A stretch of 64,000 nt of DNA, from contig JARVGK010000001.1 of the NCBI GenBank assembly GCA_029762535.1, positions 32,368 through 96,367 of the forward strand, written 5' to 3'. A program made the translations under genes and the position numbers. The notes under the pieces are model-generated. The model had not been told where the DNA came from. It did no database searches and saw only the letters and a program-made list of their open reading frames with translations. This stretch comes from Thermoplasmatota archaeon. GTDB taxonomy: Archaea > Thermoplasmatota > Penumbrarchaeia > Penumbrarchaeales > Penumbrarchaeaceae. Of this stretch, positions 1 through 9,645 are shown one piece after another (the first letter of the stretch is position 1; the number at the start of each line of letters is the position of its first letter).

Positions 1-563
1 TAGGGGTCAACAGCACTCAGGTCTTCGATTTCAAGTGGACCCCCTCGGCAGGGTCCTATACCTTGAAGGTGGTAGCTAACGACGGGTTCGTGCTCGTCGA
101 GAGCGACCAGGACAACAACGAGGCCATGGTGACCAGGGAGCTGTCACAGTTCAGCCTGAACAACAGCCTGATCTTCTACATACTCCTGGCGGTCATCGGG
201 GTTCTGATCCTGATCCTCATCGTCTTCGCTTTCCTGTTCATGAACAAGAACAGGGAGGCCAAGGAGCTGGCGGACAGGATAAGGGCCGGGGACATCGGAG
301 TGGACAAGGGCGGACCGAGGAAGGTCGTCAAGGAGGGCGCCGGGACACCGGTGCCGCCGAAAGGACCCGCCGGACTCCCCCCCTCCGGACCCGCGGCTCT
401 GGGGCCGGCCAAAGAGGCCTCTGCTCCTCAAAAGAAGGAGCCTGTAAGGGTCAAGTGCCCCGAGTGCAATACCGAACAGGTCTTCTCGATAACACAGAGG
501 CCCTCAGAGGTCAAGTGCAAGACATGCGGCGTCCTCATGAGGATCCCCGAGAAGAAGCGGTGA
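1..563 (+). CDS. C-terminal fragment of a larger membrane/surface protein (5' end outside window): beta-sandwich-like segment, one TM helix, Pro-rich linker, C-terminal CxxC...CxxC zinc ribbon
   Basis: Frame 3 is open from position 3 (GVNSTQVFDFKWTPSAGSYTLKVVANDGFV...) with no start codon in the window. Hydrophobic stretch LIFYILLAVIGVLILILIVFAFLF. C-terminal motif CPECN...CKTCG. Confidence 0.45.
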   Translation, partial: GVNSTQVFDFKWTPSAGSYTLKVVANDGFVLVESDQDNNEAMVTRELSQFSLNNSLIFYILLAVIGVLILILIVFAFLFMNKNREAKELADRIRAGDIGVDKGGPRKVVKEGAGTPVPPKGPAGLPPSGPAALGPAKEASAPQKKEPVRVKCPECNTEQVFSITQRPSEVKCKTCGVLMRIPEKKR

Positions 564-582
564 ACCGCTATCGATGAGAGAT

Positions 583-610
583 GGGGGCCTCAATGCCCCC
601 CTCTTCTTTA
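583..610 (+). terminator. GC hairpin (GGGGGC-ctcaat-GCCCCC) followed by a T-rich tract, downstream of the first CDS
   Basis: Perfect 6-bp GC stem, 6-nt loop, then ctcttcttt; lies 20 bp after the stop at 563. Confidence 0.35.
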
Positions 611-701
611 ACGCACGTAGCGGAGCCTAATCGGATCGTGATAATGTATTAATAGGGGGAATCTCTCATCCAACGAATCCGAACTATCCGGGGGCCATAG
701 T

Positions 702-962
702 ATGACTGACGCTATACAGAAGAAAATGGAACAAGTTGCAACCATACTGGACATGCTCTCCGAAGATACGTCCGTCCCAAGGAACATCAGGAAGGGAGCG
801 AAGGACTCCAAGGAGAGGCTGTTCGATAACAGGGAAGCATTGGACCTCAGGTGCGCAAGCGTTGTATCGGTTCTCGAGGACCTCTCGAACGACCCGAACA
901 TACCGCTTCACGGCAGGACCCTCATATGGAACGCGACCTCGATCCTCGAGAGCATAAAATGA
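702..962 (+). CDS. UPF0147-family small archaeal protein
   Basis: 86-aa ORF, MTDAIQKKMEQVATILDMLSEDTSVPRNIRKGA...; size and SVPRN(I/V)R motif fit the conserved archaeal UPF0147 family, recognised from memory. Confidence 0.5.
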   Translation: MTDAIQKKMEQVATILDMLSEDTSVPRNIRKGAKDSKERLFDNREALDLRCASVVSVLEDLSNDPNIPLHGRTLIWNATSILESIK

Positions 963-965
963 TGT

Positions 966-1142
966 TCATCTCCTTCTTTCGGAACGGTCGAGAAGTATCC
1001 TCAAGTCCGTTCCAAGTGTAGCATCCTCGGTGACATCCAGCATATCCGAGGCACGGGCGATGAGGTCCTCGAGGGAATTGGATGACCCTATCAGCTGGAT
1101 GATCTGATCGGGGGATGCCAAATACGGCAATACATCGGCCAT
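966..1142 (-). CDS. small acidic hypothetical protein (start at internal Met MADVL...)
   Basis: Minus-strand ORF convergent with the UPF0147 gene; trimmed to avoid overlapping the downstream plus-strand gene; no recognisable domain. Confidence 0.2.
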   Translation of the reverse strand: MADVLPYLASPDQIIQLIGSSNSLEDLIARASDMLDVTEDATLGTDLRILLDRSERRR

Positions 1143-1252
1143 CAAGGATCCACGTTCCTCGGGCCAATCCTTTCGGTCTGAGGGGTTCATCGATGATGGT
1201 AATACGGAAAACATATTTTTATGTTGAGCCATTAGAGGCACAGGGTGTGGAG

Positions 1253-2314
1253 ATGGCTACACGGTGCCCCAAGTGTGGTAGGAACAATTACGGAGATACC
1301 GCAAAATGCTCGTTCTGCGGCAGCTCATTGAAGTTCACTCCCGGAGAGGATATCCCGGAGATCAAGGAAGAGGACGTTCAGCAGAAGATCAAGCAGGTGA
1401 AGGCGAAGAGGCTGAGGAACCCTGTCCATATCGCCACCGGTGGCATCTTGATGGTCATCGGGGCCATGCTGGCGGTCGCCGTTTTCCTGCTGTTCATGTT
1501 CCTCATCTTCTCCCCTGGGGATATCTCTCCCTCATACGAAAGGGGGGCCTGGCATTATGAGGTCCCCGGAGGCAAGGAGATGGTGTTCGGGAAGATCACC
1601 GCCAAGGTAACGGTGACGGAAACCAAATGGCCCGAGGGATCGAACCACGGATACATGAACCATACCGCGTACGAGATCGGGGGCAACCAACTCGACACGA
1701 GGGCCGATGCGCTTAAGGAAGGCATGGTATTGGTAGAGCCAGACGCGTGGGTGTATTCGGACATCGATCTCGGAGATAAGGGCGATTGGGTGCTGATCAC
1801 AGTGAGGACCGAGCAGAACAGCTTCGGAGAGTCAAGGGCGGTCGTGGAAAAGAAGCACGGGAACGGCCTTCTCTCCGGCTGGTGGCTATTGCTTCCGGGT
1901 ATTATCTTAATGATCATCGGATCCGTCATTCTCACGATAGCGCTCATAGGTAAACCCGATACCTCCCTGGAGAGGCTTATGGAGGAGGATCGTGAGTTCA
2001 GAAGACAGCAGCTTGCCATGATGCAGGCCGCCAGGAAGGCCGCCATGGAGAAGCAGAAGCAGTCCACATGGGACCAAAGTAGGTACGATCAGGCCCTTCA
2101 GGAATCGGGATCAACACAAGGGGACATTTCCCAGGAGCTGGCGGTTCTCGAGGGCGGCGAAGTCGGGTCCCGGGCCGTTCAGGCCAAGGAAGATGGAACG
2201 GAAGATACATCCAGCCCAGCCACCGAGGATCTATCCGGAACGGCAGAGGAGGCCGCCCCTGTCCCTGAAAATACCGTCGCGGAATCGGATGGATCCGGGT
2301 TCAACGCGCCTTGA
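1253..2314 (+). CDS. zinc-ribbon membrane protein (N-terminal CxxC-x13-CxxC, two TM helices, acidic/Gln-rich C-terminal tail)
   Basis: Start chosen at MATRCPKCGRNNYGDTAKCSFCGSS, preceded by GGTGTGGAG; TM segments VHIATGGILMVIGAMLAVAVFLLFMFLIF and GWWLLLPGIILMIIGSVILTIALIG. Confidence 0.45.
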   Translation: MATRCPKCGRNNYGDTAKCSFCGSSLKFTPGEDIPEIKEEDVQQKIKQVKAKRLRNPVHIATGGILMVIGAMLAVAVFLLFMFLIFSPGDISPSYERGAWHYEVPGGKEMVFGKITAKVTVTETKWPEGSNHGYMNHTAYEIGGNQLDTRADALKEGMVLVEPDAWVYSDIDLGDKGDWVLITVRTEQNSFGESRAVVEKKHGNGLLSGWWLLLPGIILMIIGSVILTIALIGKPDTSLERLMEEDREFRRQQLAMMQAARKAAMEKQKQSTWDQSRYDQALQESGSTQGDISQELAVLEGGEVGSRAVQAKEDGTEDTSSPATEDLSGTAEEAAPVPENTVAESDGSGFNAP

Positions 2315-2723
2315 ACGGGTCCATCCAAGGCCTCAACGCGCCCAAAGCACCGAAGATGATGTTAAGCGTCCACAGGATGACTATGAAGGATAGGCCGATC
2401 CGCTCCAATACGAAACCTCTAGGGGTCTCGATCGAGCTCATTATAGCGATCAACACCGCCGTTTCGAAGAGGGACCATATCGCCGAGGAGGACAATGATA
2501 ACGGGATCCTCATCCTCGGCTGCACCCTTCTGGTACCCAGGGATGATGCGAGATAGGGGACCAGGGTAAGGGCGAGTATCAAACCGACTATGGGGGCCAG
2601 CAACAAGGGGATCGACAGGGAATAGATACCCAATGTGACCAGCAAACCTCTAAGGAAGGAGTGGCCCGCATCCAGCGGCGAAATATCTTCATTTATTTCG
2701 TTCCCTGTCGTGTCTGGCCCCAT
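2301..2723 (-). CDS. small integral membrane protein (3-4 TM helices)
   Basis: Start set at the internal Met (MGPDTTG...) so the gene does not overlap the divergent DUF211 gene; hydrophobic segments LLVTLGIYSLSIPLLLAPIVGLILALTLVPYL and FIVILWTLNIIFGALGAL. Confidence 0.4.
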   Translation of the reverse strand: MGPDTTGNEINEDISPLDAGHSFLRGLLVTLGIYSLSIPLLLAPIVGLILALTLVPYLASSLGTRRVQPRMRIPLSLSSSAIWSLFETAVLIAIMSSIETPRGFVLERIGLSFIVILWTLNIIFGALGALRPWMDPFKAR

Positions 2724-2787
2724 TGAATTACCCAATCCTTTTATAGAACACACCTCATACCGACGATTGCCTTTAAAACTATCTCGT

Positions 2788-3093
2788 ATGGAGGCTGCGC
2801 AATTGGGAAATATCCGCAAGATCGTGCTCGATGTCCTCAAACCGCACAGACCCGACCTGATCCAGTATTCCGACAGGCTCTCGTCCATCAGGGACATCAA
2901 GGGTGTCTCGATATTCCTCAACGAGGTGGACCAGGAAACGGAGAGCGTCAAGATAATAATCGAAGGCCAGAGATTGAACTATCAGATGATTAAGAACGCG
3001 ATAGAGGAGATGACTGGGTCCGTTCACTCGGTCGATGCGGTATACGCGGGCGAGGAGATAGTGGACGAGGTTGACACACCTCAGGACCGATGA
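2788..3093 (+). CDS. DUF211-family archaeal protein
   Basis: MEAAQLGNIRKIVLDVLKPHRPDLIQYSDRLSSIRDIKGVSIFLNEVDQETESVKIIIEGQRLNYQMIKNAIEEMTGSVHSVD; the VLDVLKPH...IEG...I...IE..GG.IHSID pattern fits DUF211/COG1888 from memory; AT-rich upstream region with tttataga. Confidence 0.5.
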   Translation: MEAAQLGNIRKIVLDVLKPHRPDLIQYSDRLSSIRDIKGVSIFLNEVDQETESVKIIIEGQRLNYQMIKNAIEEMTGSVHSVDAVYAGEEIVDEVDTPQDR

Positions 3094-3102
3094 GGTATCG
3101 TC

Positions 3103-4530
3103 ATGTATCGCGAAAAAGGTCACGGCATCGCAAGGAAGGTCGGCTGCATATTGGCCGTATCCCTCTTCCTCATATGTGCCGACGGCCTCTCCAAGGACCT
3201 CATCTCGGAGGGGGCGGAGGCTTTGAGGCCCGTTCTGGTCATAATCGAATTGAACGCTACGAGCAAGTATCAGGAGGGCAACATGGCCTGGATACTATCA
3301 GGGCCCCCGAGGATGGATTCGCAGGGAAGGACCCAGGAATCCGGGTTAGCGATAGTGGAAGGCAGGATAACCGTATACAAGGTGGCACGCCTCCTGAGGC
3401 AAAAGATAATCGTGACCCTCAGCGCGAGGACGGACGACACTGACCTCTTGGTCTCCGTCAATCCTCCCATTATGGAGTTCGAGGCATATACGAAGATACA
3501 GACGAAGAGTTTCAAGGCAGCGATCAGGCTTTCGACGCCGATGATCCCATACTCCACGGCCCAGGAGTTCCCGAAGAAGGTGGAGGTGTTCGGTACATGG
3601 ATGACCCAGGTACAGACCGGAACCCCTAACGAGGGCGGCATCATAGACCCACATCCAATATACGCCAGGATCAAGCCTTTTTACTACATGCAGGTGATCA
3701 CCGATCCGCCATTCATCAAGATGCTTCCAGGTCAGACCCGTACGGTCGATGTCATCATTAAGAACCAGGGGAACGCCTTCGACCGATACGATGTGATGAT
3801 ACCGCAGGAAGGTATGCTGGCCAAACGTGGCTGGGTCTTCGAGATGAACAGGACCAGCGTATTGGTCGGGCCGATGTCGGATGGGTTGATCAGGCTCACC
3901 ATCACATCGCCCAGGAGGTTCCAGTCCCCCTATCACATGGGGGTGCAAAGCTTCCTGATCCATGCGGAATCATTCAACACCCAGGAACTCGTGGACCAGG
4001 GCGAACTGATGACCAAACAGCAATACGATACCGATGTCATGATATCTCTCATCGGACCGGATATCATCTATGTACCCATGGTATGGGCCGCCATCCTTTA
4101 TCTCGCTCTCGCGCTGGTATTGTTCAACATGGGGGTCAGCATATTCACCCTGAGGAGGAGGCGCTTTCTGATGCCGGAGGGCAAGCAGCCCGGCTTCAAA
4201 TGGGCGGCGTCGATGCTCTTTAAGCTCTCCAAGGGGGCTGGAGGACGAACTTTAGCGGGGCCGTCGAAAAGGGCAGATAAAAGGGAGAGGCGGGGATCAT
4301 TGTTCCCCAGAAAGCGCTCGTTGACCTCGACAGCGCCCTCTCCCGTTTCCGTACTGAGGCCAACCATGAGGGAAAGCCCTCCCAAGGAGCTGGATATTGA
4401 CGTCTCGAATATTGATGCCCAGGGTATCACCGGGAAGGGTCGCTCGGAGGAGGGGCCTCCCCTCTTCACAAAGCCCAAGGGGGAAAGCATACCCCCCAAA
4501 TCGCTCGATGAGATTCTTGATGACCTATGA
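3103..4530 (+). CDS. secreted/membrane-anchored hypothetical protein (signal peptide, large extracytoplasmic domain, C-terminal TM, basic cytoplasmic tail)
   Basis: N-terminal signal-like hydrophobic stretch VGCILAVSLFLICADG; TM IYVPMVWAAILYLALALVLFNMGVSIF followed by RRRR; no catalytic motifs recognised. Confidence 0.5.
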   Translation: MYREKGHGIARKVGCILAVSLFLICADGLSKDLISEGAEALRPVLVIIELNATSKYQEGNMAWILSGPPRMDSQGRTQESGLAIVEGRITVYKVARLLRQKIIVTLSARTDDTDLLVSVNPPIMEFEAYTKIQTKSFKAAIRLSTPMIPYSTAQEFPKKVEVFGTWMTQVQTGTPNEGGIIDPHPIYARIKPFYYMQVITDPPFIKMLPGQTRTVDVIIKNQGNAFDRYDVMIPQEGMLAKRGWVFEMNRTSVLVGPMSDGLIRLTITSPRRFQSPYHMGVQSFLIHAESFNTQELVDQGELMTKQQYDTDVMISLIGPDIIYVPMVWAAILYLALALVLFNMGVSIFTLRRRRFLMPEGKQPGFKWAASMLFKLSKGAGGRTLAGPSKRADKRERRGSLFPRKRSLTSTAPSPVSVLRPTMRESPPKELDIDVSNIDAQGITGKGRSEEGPPLFTKPKGESIPPKSLDEILDDL

Positions 4531-4554
4531 GGAGGAAAGGCATTAATTGGATAT

Positions 4555-5802
4555 ATGGGGGTCCGAAGGATGCATAGGCCTATCGAGATGATAATCGAGG
4601 ATGTTTTCACGCTCAAAGGCTACGGTATCATCCGATCCTCGCCGGAGAACAGGTTGATCGTGGCCATAAAGAAAGGCTCAAAGCTCGCGATCGGCTACTC
4701 GGACCTCGAGGTACCGACGACGCCAGGGGAGATCGAGATGTTCGAATCGATGGCCGAGTCAGAAGGGGCCAAGGAGCGGGTCTTCATCTCCCCCGCAAGG
4801 ATAGGCAAGGACACATTACTGATGCTGAAGGAAAAGGGCATCGAGGTCTGGGACAGGACCGCGTTCGTCCTTGCGATCGGCGAGGCCGCTCTTAGGAACG
4901 CCGCACAGGGGGAGTCCGTGGAGGAATGGGAGCCCCTGGATGAGGGGGCTGACCATCCGCAGACGTCGGACCAGCCTGAAGATATCGATCCCGTTGCCGA
5001 GCTGAGGAGGTATCAGAGGGAGATCGGACCCGCCGATACCGAGTTCAGGATCACCAGGGTGGACATATCCAAGAGGCCCTCCAGGAAAGAGGCAGCCCTC
5101 CCGAAGCCAAATGCTTCGGAGGTCAGGATAAGGCCCCCTCATCCGCATTGCGGAGGATCCCTTGAAACAGATATCCGTCCCCCCTCGGAGGACCTATCGC
5201 AGGATCCGCCGATAATTGAGGAGGCCATGGAGGGGGAAATGAAGATCAATGGGGGAGACCCTGCCCTTGAATGGAACGACGCGCCCTCCGCTCCCGTGAA
5301 AGTGTCCATGGAGGAGGCCATGGAGATGGCCCCTGGGAACATATCGGGACTGGAACTTGTATTCCGCCCCCTGATCCACCTCTCGTTGGAGTATGATCTG
5401 AAGGAGATAGGCGGACCTGCCGCGGACCGCAGGAGCGGATCGGTCATGATAGATCTCGTTGACGGGGCGGTAATGGACATGCCCCCATCGATCATGGATG
5501 CCCTCTCCCCTCGGTCCAAGAAGGATGATACGGTCATCGATCCGCCTCGGATCGACGAGGCCCTTGCCCTTGATAGGTGCATAGGGTGGATAAAGGAAAA
5601 CGACCGCAGCCTGGAGAGAAAGCTTCACGATGGAATGATGAGCACCGTGTTCGCCGAGGTTGAAGCGTCGATGGAAAATAGCTCGCTGAAGGTCATGATC
5701 GAAAAGAGGATGCTGATCCCGGTATGGAAGGGGGAGCTATCCATTGACGGGTCCCCGTGGATCATCGATGCGTATTCGGGGATGCAGAGGAGGGGGCGAT
5801 AA
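4555..5802 (+). CDS. hypothetical protein; N-terminal ~110 aa resemble an Mrr-type (PD-(D/E)xK) restriction-endonuclease fold, C-terminal 300 aa unknown
   Basis: IEMIIEDVFTLKGYGII...AIKKGSKLAIGYSDLEV...ARIGKDTLLMLKEKGIEVWDRTAF recalls the Mrr_cat core and the A..A...gI.liDg tail; weak, motif-level only. Confidence 0.4.
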   Translation: MGVRRMHRPIEMIIEDVFTLKGYGIIRSSPENRLIVAIKKGSKLAIGYSDLEVPTTPGEIEMFESMAESEGAKERVFISPARIGKDTLLMLKEKGIEVWDRTAFVLAIGEAALRNAAQGESVEEWEPLDEGADHPQTSDQPEDIDPVAELRRYQREIGPADTEFRITRVDISKRPSRKEAALPKPNASEVRIRPPHPHCGGSLETDIRPPSEDLSQDPPIIEEAMEGEMKINGGDPALEWNDAPSAPVKVSMEEAMEMAPGNISGLELVFRPLIHLSLEYDLKEIGGPAADRRSGSVMIDLVDGAVMDMPPSIMDALSPRSKKDDTVIDPPRIDEALALDRCIGWIKENDRSLERKLHDGMMSTVFAEVEASMENSSLKVMIEKRMLIPVWKGELSIDGSPWIIDAYSGMQRRGR

Positions 5803-5866
5803 TATGTTTATTTACGAAAAACCATTACCCTGAAGGGATGGTGGCAAAGGCATCGTTTCAGGTCAG

Positions 5867-7507
5867 GTGTTGTGTTTGAAGTACATATTCGTAACAGGGG
5901 GGGTCCTGTCCGGTCTGGGAAAAGGCATTGCCACCTCATCTATCGGCCTCCTGCTGAAAAGGTGCGGTTACAAGGTGACGGCCATAAAGATCGACCCTTA
6001 CCTGAACTGCGACGCCGGCACTATGAACCCTTACGAGCACGGAGAGGTCTTCGTCCTCCACGACGGGGGCGAGGTGGACCTGGACCTTGGGAATTACGAG
6101 CGCTTCCTGGACACGGAGCTTTCATCCGAGCATAATATAACGACCGGGAAGGTCTATCTCTCCGTCATAGATCGGGAGAGGAAGGGGGACTATCTCGGAA
6201 AGACCGTCCAGATAATACCCCACATAGTGAATGAGATCAAAACTTCGATAACACGGGTGGCAGTATCGGCAGGCGCCGATGTGTGCATGGTCGAGATGGG
6301 GGGCACGGTCGGCGACATAGAATCGATGCCCTTCCTGGAGGCCGCAAGGCAGATGCACATGGAGCATGGCCCCGAGAACGTCATCTTCGTGCACACGACC
6401 CTCATCCCCATAATGGGCGTCGTGGGAGAACAGAAGACCAAACCGACCCAGCATTCCGTTAAGGAGCTCAGGTCCATCGGGATACAGCCCAACATCATAG
6501 TAGGCAGGTGCTCGGAACCCCTCGACGCCTCCACGAAGGAGAAGATCTCGCTCTTCTGCAACGTGAGGCCAGAAGCGGTGATCTCCGCCCATGACCTGAA
6601 GAACACCTACAAGGTCCCGCTGCTCCTTCAGGAGCAGAACGTGGTTGGGATAATCCATGGTCTACTGCGCATGAAGGAGATGCCGTGTGACATGGAGCCA
6701 TGGTCCGATTTCGTCGACCGTTTCGAATCCTCCGAGGGCGTGGTTAGGATCGCCATAGTCGGGAAATATACGGGATTGAAGGACTCGTACATCTCCCATT
6801 ACAAGGCCTTCGAGCACGCCGGTGCCGAGTGCGGGGTCAACGTCGAGCTGGAATGGATAGATGCCCCCGAGGCCGAGCACGATTTCGAGAAGGAGAAACG
6901 AGTCATGTTATCACGTCTGGCAGAATGCCATGGCATACTCGTCCCCGGCGGTTTCGGTTCAAGGGGGACAAGGGGAAAATTGGAAGCTGTGAGGTTTGCC
7001 AGGGAGAACGATGTCCCCTTCCTTGGGATATGCCTAGGGCTGCAGATAGCGGTGACAGAGTTCGCAAGGAACGTCATGGGGCTGGAGAAAGCGAATTCCA
7101 CCGAGTTCGATCCCGATACGCCCCATCCCGTCGTGGACATTCTGCCCGAACAGCTGCGGGTGAAGAACAAGGGAGGGACCATGAGGCTCGGGGCCCAGAA
7201 GAGCATTATCAGGCCCGGCACCCTTGCCTACAGGCTTTACGGGAAGGAAGTCATATACGAGCGGCACAGGCACCGCTACGAGATCAACCCGGCAATGATC
7301 GAGAGCATAGAAAGGGCAGGATGGGTTTTCAGTGCTGTATCCGATGACGGGATAAAAATGGAGATAGGAGAGCTGCCCGGGAAACTGTTCCACATAGGCT
7401 CCCAGTTCCATCCCGAATTCCTCTCGCATCCCAACAGGCCCGCTCCGCTTTTCCTGGGTCTCGTGAGAGCGGCCGTTGAGTTCAAGGAGCGGGAGGCAGG
7501 GAGTTAG
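5867..7507 (+). CDS. pyrG: CTP synthase
   Basis: [27 protein letters not shown]..., glutamine amidotransferase C-terminal half (GICLGLQ); full length 546 aa; non-ATG (GTG/TTG) start region. Confidence 0.95.
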   Translation: MLCLKYIFVTGGVLSGLGKGIATSSIGLLLKRCGYKVTAIKIDPYLNCDAGTMNPYEHGEVFVLHDGGEVDLDLGNYERFLDTELSSEHNITTGKVYLSVIDRERKGDYLGKTVQIIPHIVNEIKTSITRVAVSAGADVCMVEMGGTVGDIESMPFLEAARQMHMEHGPENVIFVHTTLIPIMGVVGEQKTKPTQHSVKELRSIGIQPNIIVGRCSEPLDASTKEKISLFCNVRPEAVISAHDLKNTYKVPLLLQEQNVVGIIHGLLRMKEMPCDMEPWSDFVDRFESSEGVVRIAIVGKYTGLKDSYISHYKAFEHAGAECGVNVELEWIDAPEAEHDFEKEKRVMLSRLAECHGILVPGGFGSRGTRGKLEAVRFARENDVPFLGICLGLQIAVTEFARNVMGLEKANSTEFDPDTPHPVVDILPEQLRVKNKGGTMRLGAQKSIIRPGTLAYRLYGKEVIYERHRHRYEINPAMIESIERAGWVFSAVSDDGIKMEIGELPGKLFHIGSQFHPEFLSHPNRPAPLFLGLVRAAVEFKEREAGS

Positions 7508-8632
7508 ATGGGTCTGTCCTCTGGCGATCGGATCATCCTTTATCTCGGCCGATCGGACAGGGGCAGGGACATCGACCATGGCTTCGATCAAAAGGAGATA
7601 TCCCAAGGCTGCTGCATAGGAAGGACCCATGTCCCAAGATCGATCAGACCCCTCATGGAGGCGGGCCTCGTTCGTGAAGAGAAGAAAAGGGTCCCTGGAA
7701 AGGGGAGATTGGTGAAGAGGTATCGCCTCACCGTCGAAGGGTCCGCCGCCATGGATGAGATAAGGGAGGGCCTTCGATCGATGAGGGTCTCCCTGATAGG
7801 TCCGGAAGGCCTCAAGAACACCATGGACCCTTTTTCCGCTCTCTCCCTGGCCAACACGTATCTGGAGAGGATGTCCATGGTGTCGATCATGCTTTCCCAG
7901 CTCATGTCCATTGACAGCGACCCTATACGTTGGGATGAGGTCATTGAGCTGTCGTTGTCCTCGCCGAACAGATCGTCCCCCATTCAAATTCCAGCAGGTT
8001 GGGGGTCCGTACCTACTCCCAAGGCCCCTAAGATGTACATCCCGGTCCCCGGCGATGAGGATCGATTGAGGAGAATGATATCTTCCGAGGGGATGGCGGT
8101 CGTTCAGGGTGTGTTCGGGTCAGGGAGGAGGACCGTTACGTCGAGGGTGTTCCAGGCTATGGGAAGAAAGCCGATCTGGATCGCCAGGTCCGATAACGGG
8201 GAGCCGGTCAAGCTCCATGAGAACTTCGATGCGATCGTGATCCTGGAAGGGGAGGGTACAGACCCATACTCCCTGATAACGTCCTCCTGTCCCGGGGCAA
8301 GATACGACCCCAGGGGGGAGGGCTGGAGCGATGACCTGTCATCGCTGCCATTGGTCGTGATCCATTCAGGTAGGGACCCGTTGAACGCACCGACGCTCGA
8401 GCTATCTCCACTTCCGTTCGAGGATTTCGAAAAGGCCCTGTCGCCTCTTGGCATGAAGGAAGGCACGGTCTTGGCGATATACGAGGCAACGGGAGGGATC
8501 CCTCTCGCGGTCCGTACCCTCCTGGATATGGACCCTGAGGACCTGTCGATAACGCTCAGAGGATCCCGGGACCAGGTGGTATTCCGCGTCCTGTTGATGC
8601 TAAAGAAAATAGAAAAGGAGACGAAACCTTAA
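7508..8632 (+). CDS. winged-helix regulator-like N-domain fused to a degenerate P-loop NTPase-like domain
   Basis: Start overlaps the pyrG stop (TAGATG). N-terminal ...ISQGCCIGRTHVPRSIRPLMEAGLVREEKKRVPGKGRLVKRYRLTVEG (wHTH-like). GVFGSGRRTV resembles a Walker A with Arg in place of Lys; AIVILEGEG is Walker-B-like. Confidence 0.45.
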   Translation: MGLSSGDRIILYLGRSDRGRDIDHGFDQKEISQGCCIGRTHVPRSIRPLMEAGLVREEKKRVPGKGRLVKRYRLTVEGSAAMDEIREGLRSMRVSLIGPEGLKNTMDPFSALSLANTYLERMSMVSIMLSQLMSIDSDPIRWDEVIELSLSSPNRSSPIQIPAGWGSVPTPKAPKMYIPVPGDEDRLRRMISSEGMAVVQGVFGSGRRTVTSRVFQAMGRKPIWIARSDNGEPVKLHENFDAIVILEGEGTDPYSLITSSCPGARYDPRGEGWSDDLSSLPLVVIHSGRDPLNAPTLELSPLPFEDFEKALSPLGMKEGTVLAIYEATGGIPLAVRTLLDMDPEDLSITLRGSRDQVVFRVLLMLKKIEKETKP

Positions 8633-8664
8633 AAATCCATGTATGGGAATGGAGTTCGATCGTA

Positions 8665-9645
8665 ATGCCAGAAATGTCCTCCAAAGTGGAATGCCCCGAT
8701 TGTGGGCAGCCCCTGCTAACTAAGAACCTATCCAAGCATTACAGGAGGTACCATCCAGGTGTGGATCCGAGGCTCAGATTAAGGGAGAGCCATCGGCGCA
8801 AGCCCAAGAGGATAAGGTTCGACACCAGCGTCAGCCCTATGATAGTGTCCATCATAGTGATCCTCGTCCTGGCTGTATTGATCATCGGGGGCCTGATCAC
8901 CTATCGCCTCCTGAACCCTGTAGAGACCATTCCGGAATCCAGAAGGTTCTTCTTCTCCTCCTCCGACGGAGCGATAATAAACGGTACCTTCTACGGCACC
9001 TACTTTTCCGGTGCCCCCACCGTTTATCTCTTCCATGATATTGGCCAGGACAGGAGCGTTTGGGATGATCACGCGAGATATCTCCAGGAAAAGGGGTTCA
9101 ACGCAGTGGCGGTCGATCTCAGGGGCCACGGAGAATCGGTCATGAGCATAAAGAGCGCGTCCAAGACCTACGATCACATGACGATGACCCATAGAGAGTT
9201 CCTCAACATGTCCTTCGACCTCTTCGGAGCTTACGAATGGGTCCAGGGCAGTAGGGATGGAAAGCGCAACACCGATGCGGGAAAAAACGGCATGGTCGTC
9301 GCCACGGGGGAACTTGGCGCGATAATATTCGATCAGGCGGCGAAGATGTCACGCCAGTGGATAGTTGCAGGAGCCGTTCTAACGCCGGTGCTCGAGGCCT
9401 ACGGCATCGACATGTATCAGGTATCCTGGGATTGGGGCGGAATAAGACCGTTAATGCTCGTCACGAGCCAGTACGACGGCACATCGAAGCTCTCCCTCGA
9501 GAAGATGGCGGACAACAGGCCCGAGAACTCGAGGACGATACTCATAGAGGACTTCAAGTCCGGCTACGAGCTGATGGAGTTCCCATTGGTACGGACCATG
9601 ATCACGGAGACCTTCAACGAAGGGATACGCGTCTCCCCCGGTTGA
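8665..9645 (+). CDS. C2H2-type zinc finger / TM helix / alpha-beta-hydrolase-fold protein (nucleophile Ser apparently absent)
   Basis: CPDCGQPLLTKNLSKHYRRYH (C2-H2 spacing); TM MIVSIIVILVLAVLIIGGLITY; VYLFHDIGQDRSVWDDHARYLQEKGFNAVAVDLRGHGES typical of the alpha/beta hydrolase N-terminus; expected GxSxG position reads ATGELGA. Confidence 0.5.
   Translation: MPEMSSKVECPDCGQPLLTKNLSKHYRRYHPGVDPRLRLRESHRRKPKRIRFDTSVSPMIVSIIVILVLAVLIIGGLITYRLLNPVETIPESRRFFFSSSDGAIINGTFYGTYFSGAPTVYLFHDIGQDRSVWDDHARYLQEKGFNAVAVDLRGHGESVMSIKSASKTYDHMTMTHREFLNMSFDLFGAYEWVQGSRDGKRNTDAGKNGMVVATGELGAIIFDQAAKMSRQWIVAGAVLTPVLEAYGIDMYQVSWDWGGIRPLMLVTSQYDGTSKLSLEKMADNRPENSRTILIEDFKSGYELMEFPLVRTMITETFNEGIRVSPG

Noticed and set aside
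563-701. Intergenic spacers searched for tRNA/ncRNA genes (also 24165-24310, 25830-26060, 41606-41758, 47339-47538)
   Set aside because: No cloverleaf-compatible acceptor/T-arm pairings or conserved GTTC / T-psi-C-like boxes were apparent. The spacers look like promoter/terminator DNA with TATA-like elements and hairpins. A covariance-model scan would be needed to exclude small RNAs (e.g. H/ACA guides near gar1).
6122-6658. 178-aa minus-strand ORF antisense to pyrG
   Set aside because: Embedded entirely within CTP synthase; no start context; GC-frame artefact.
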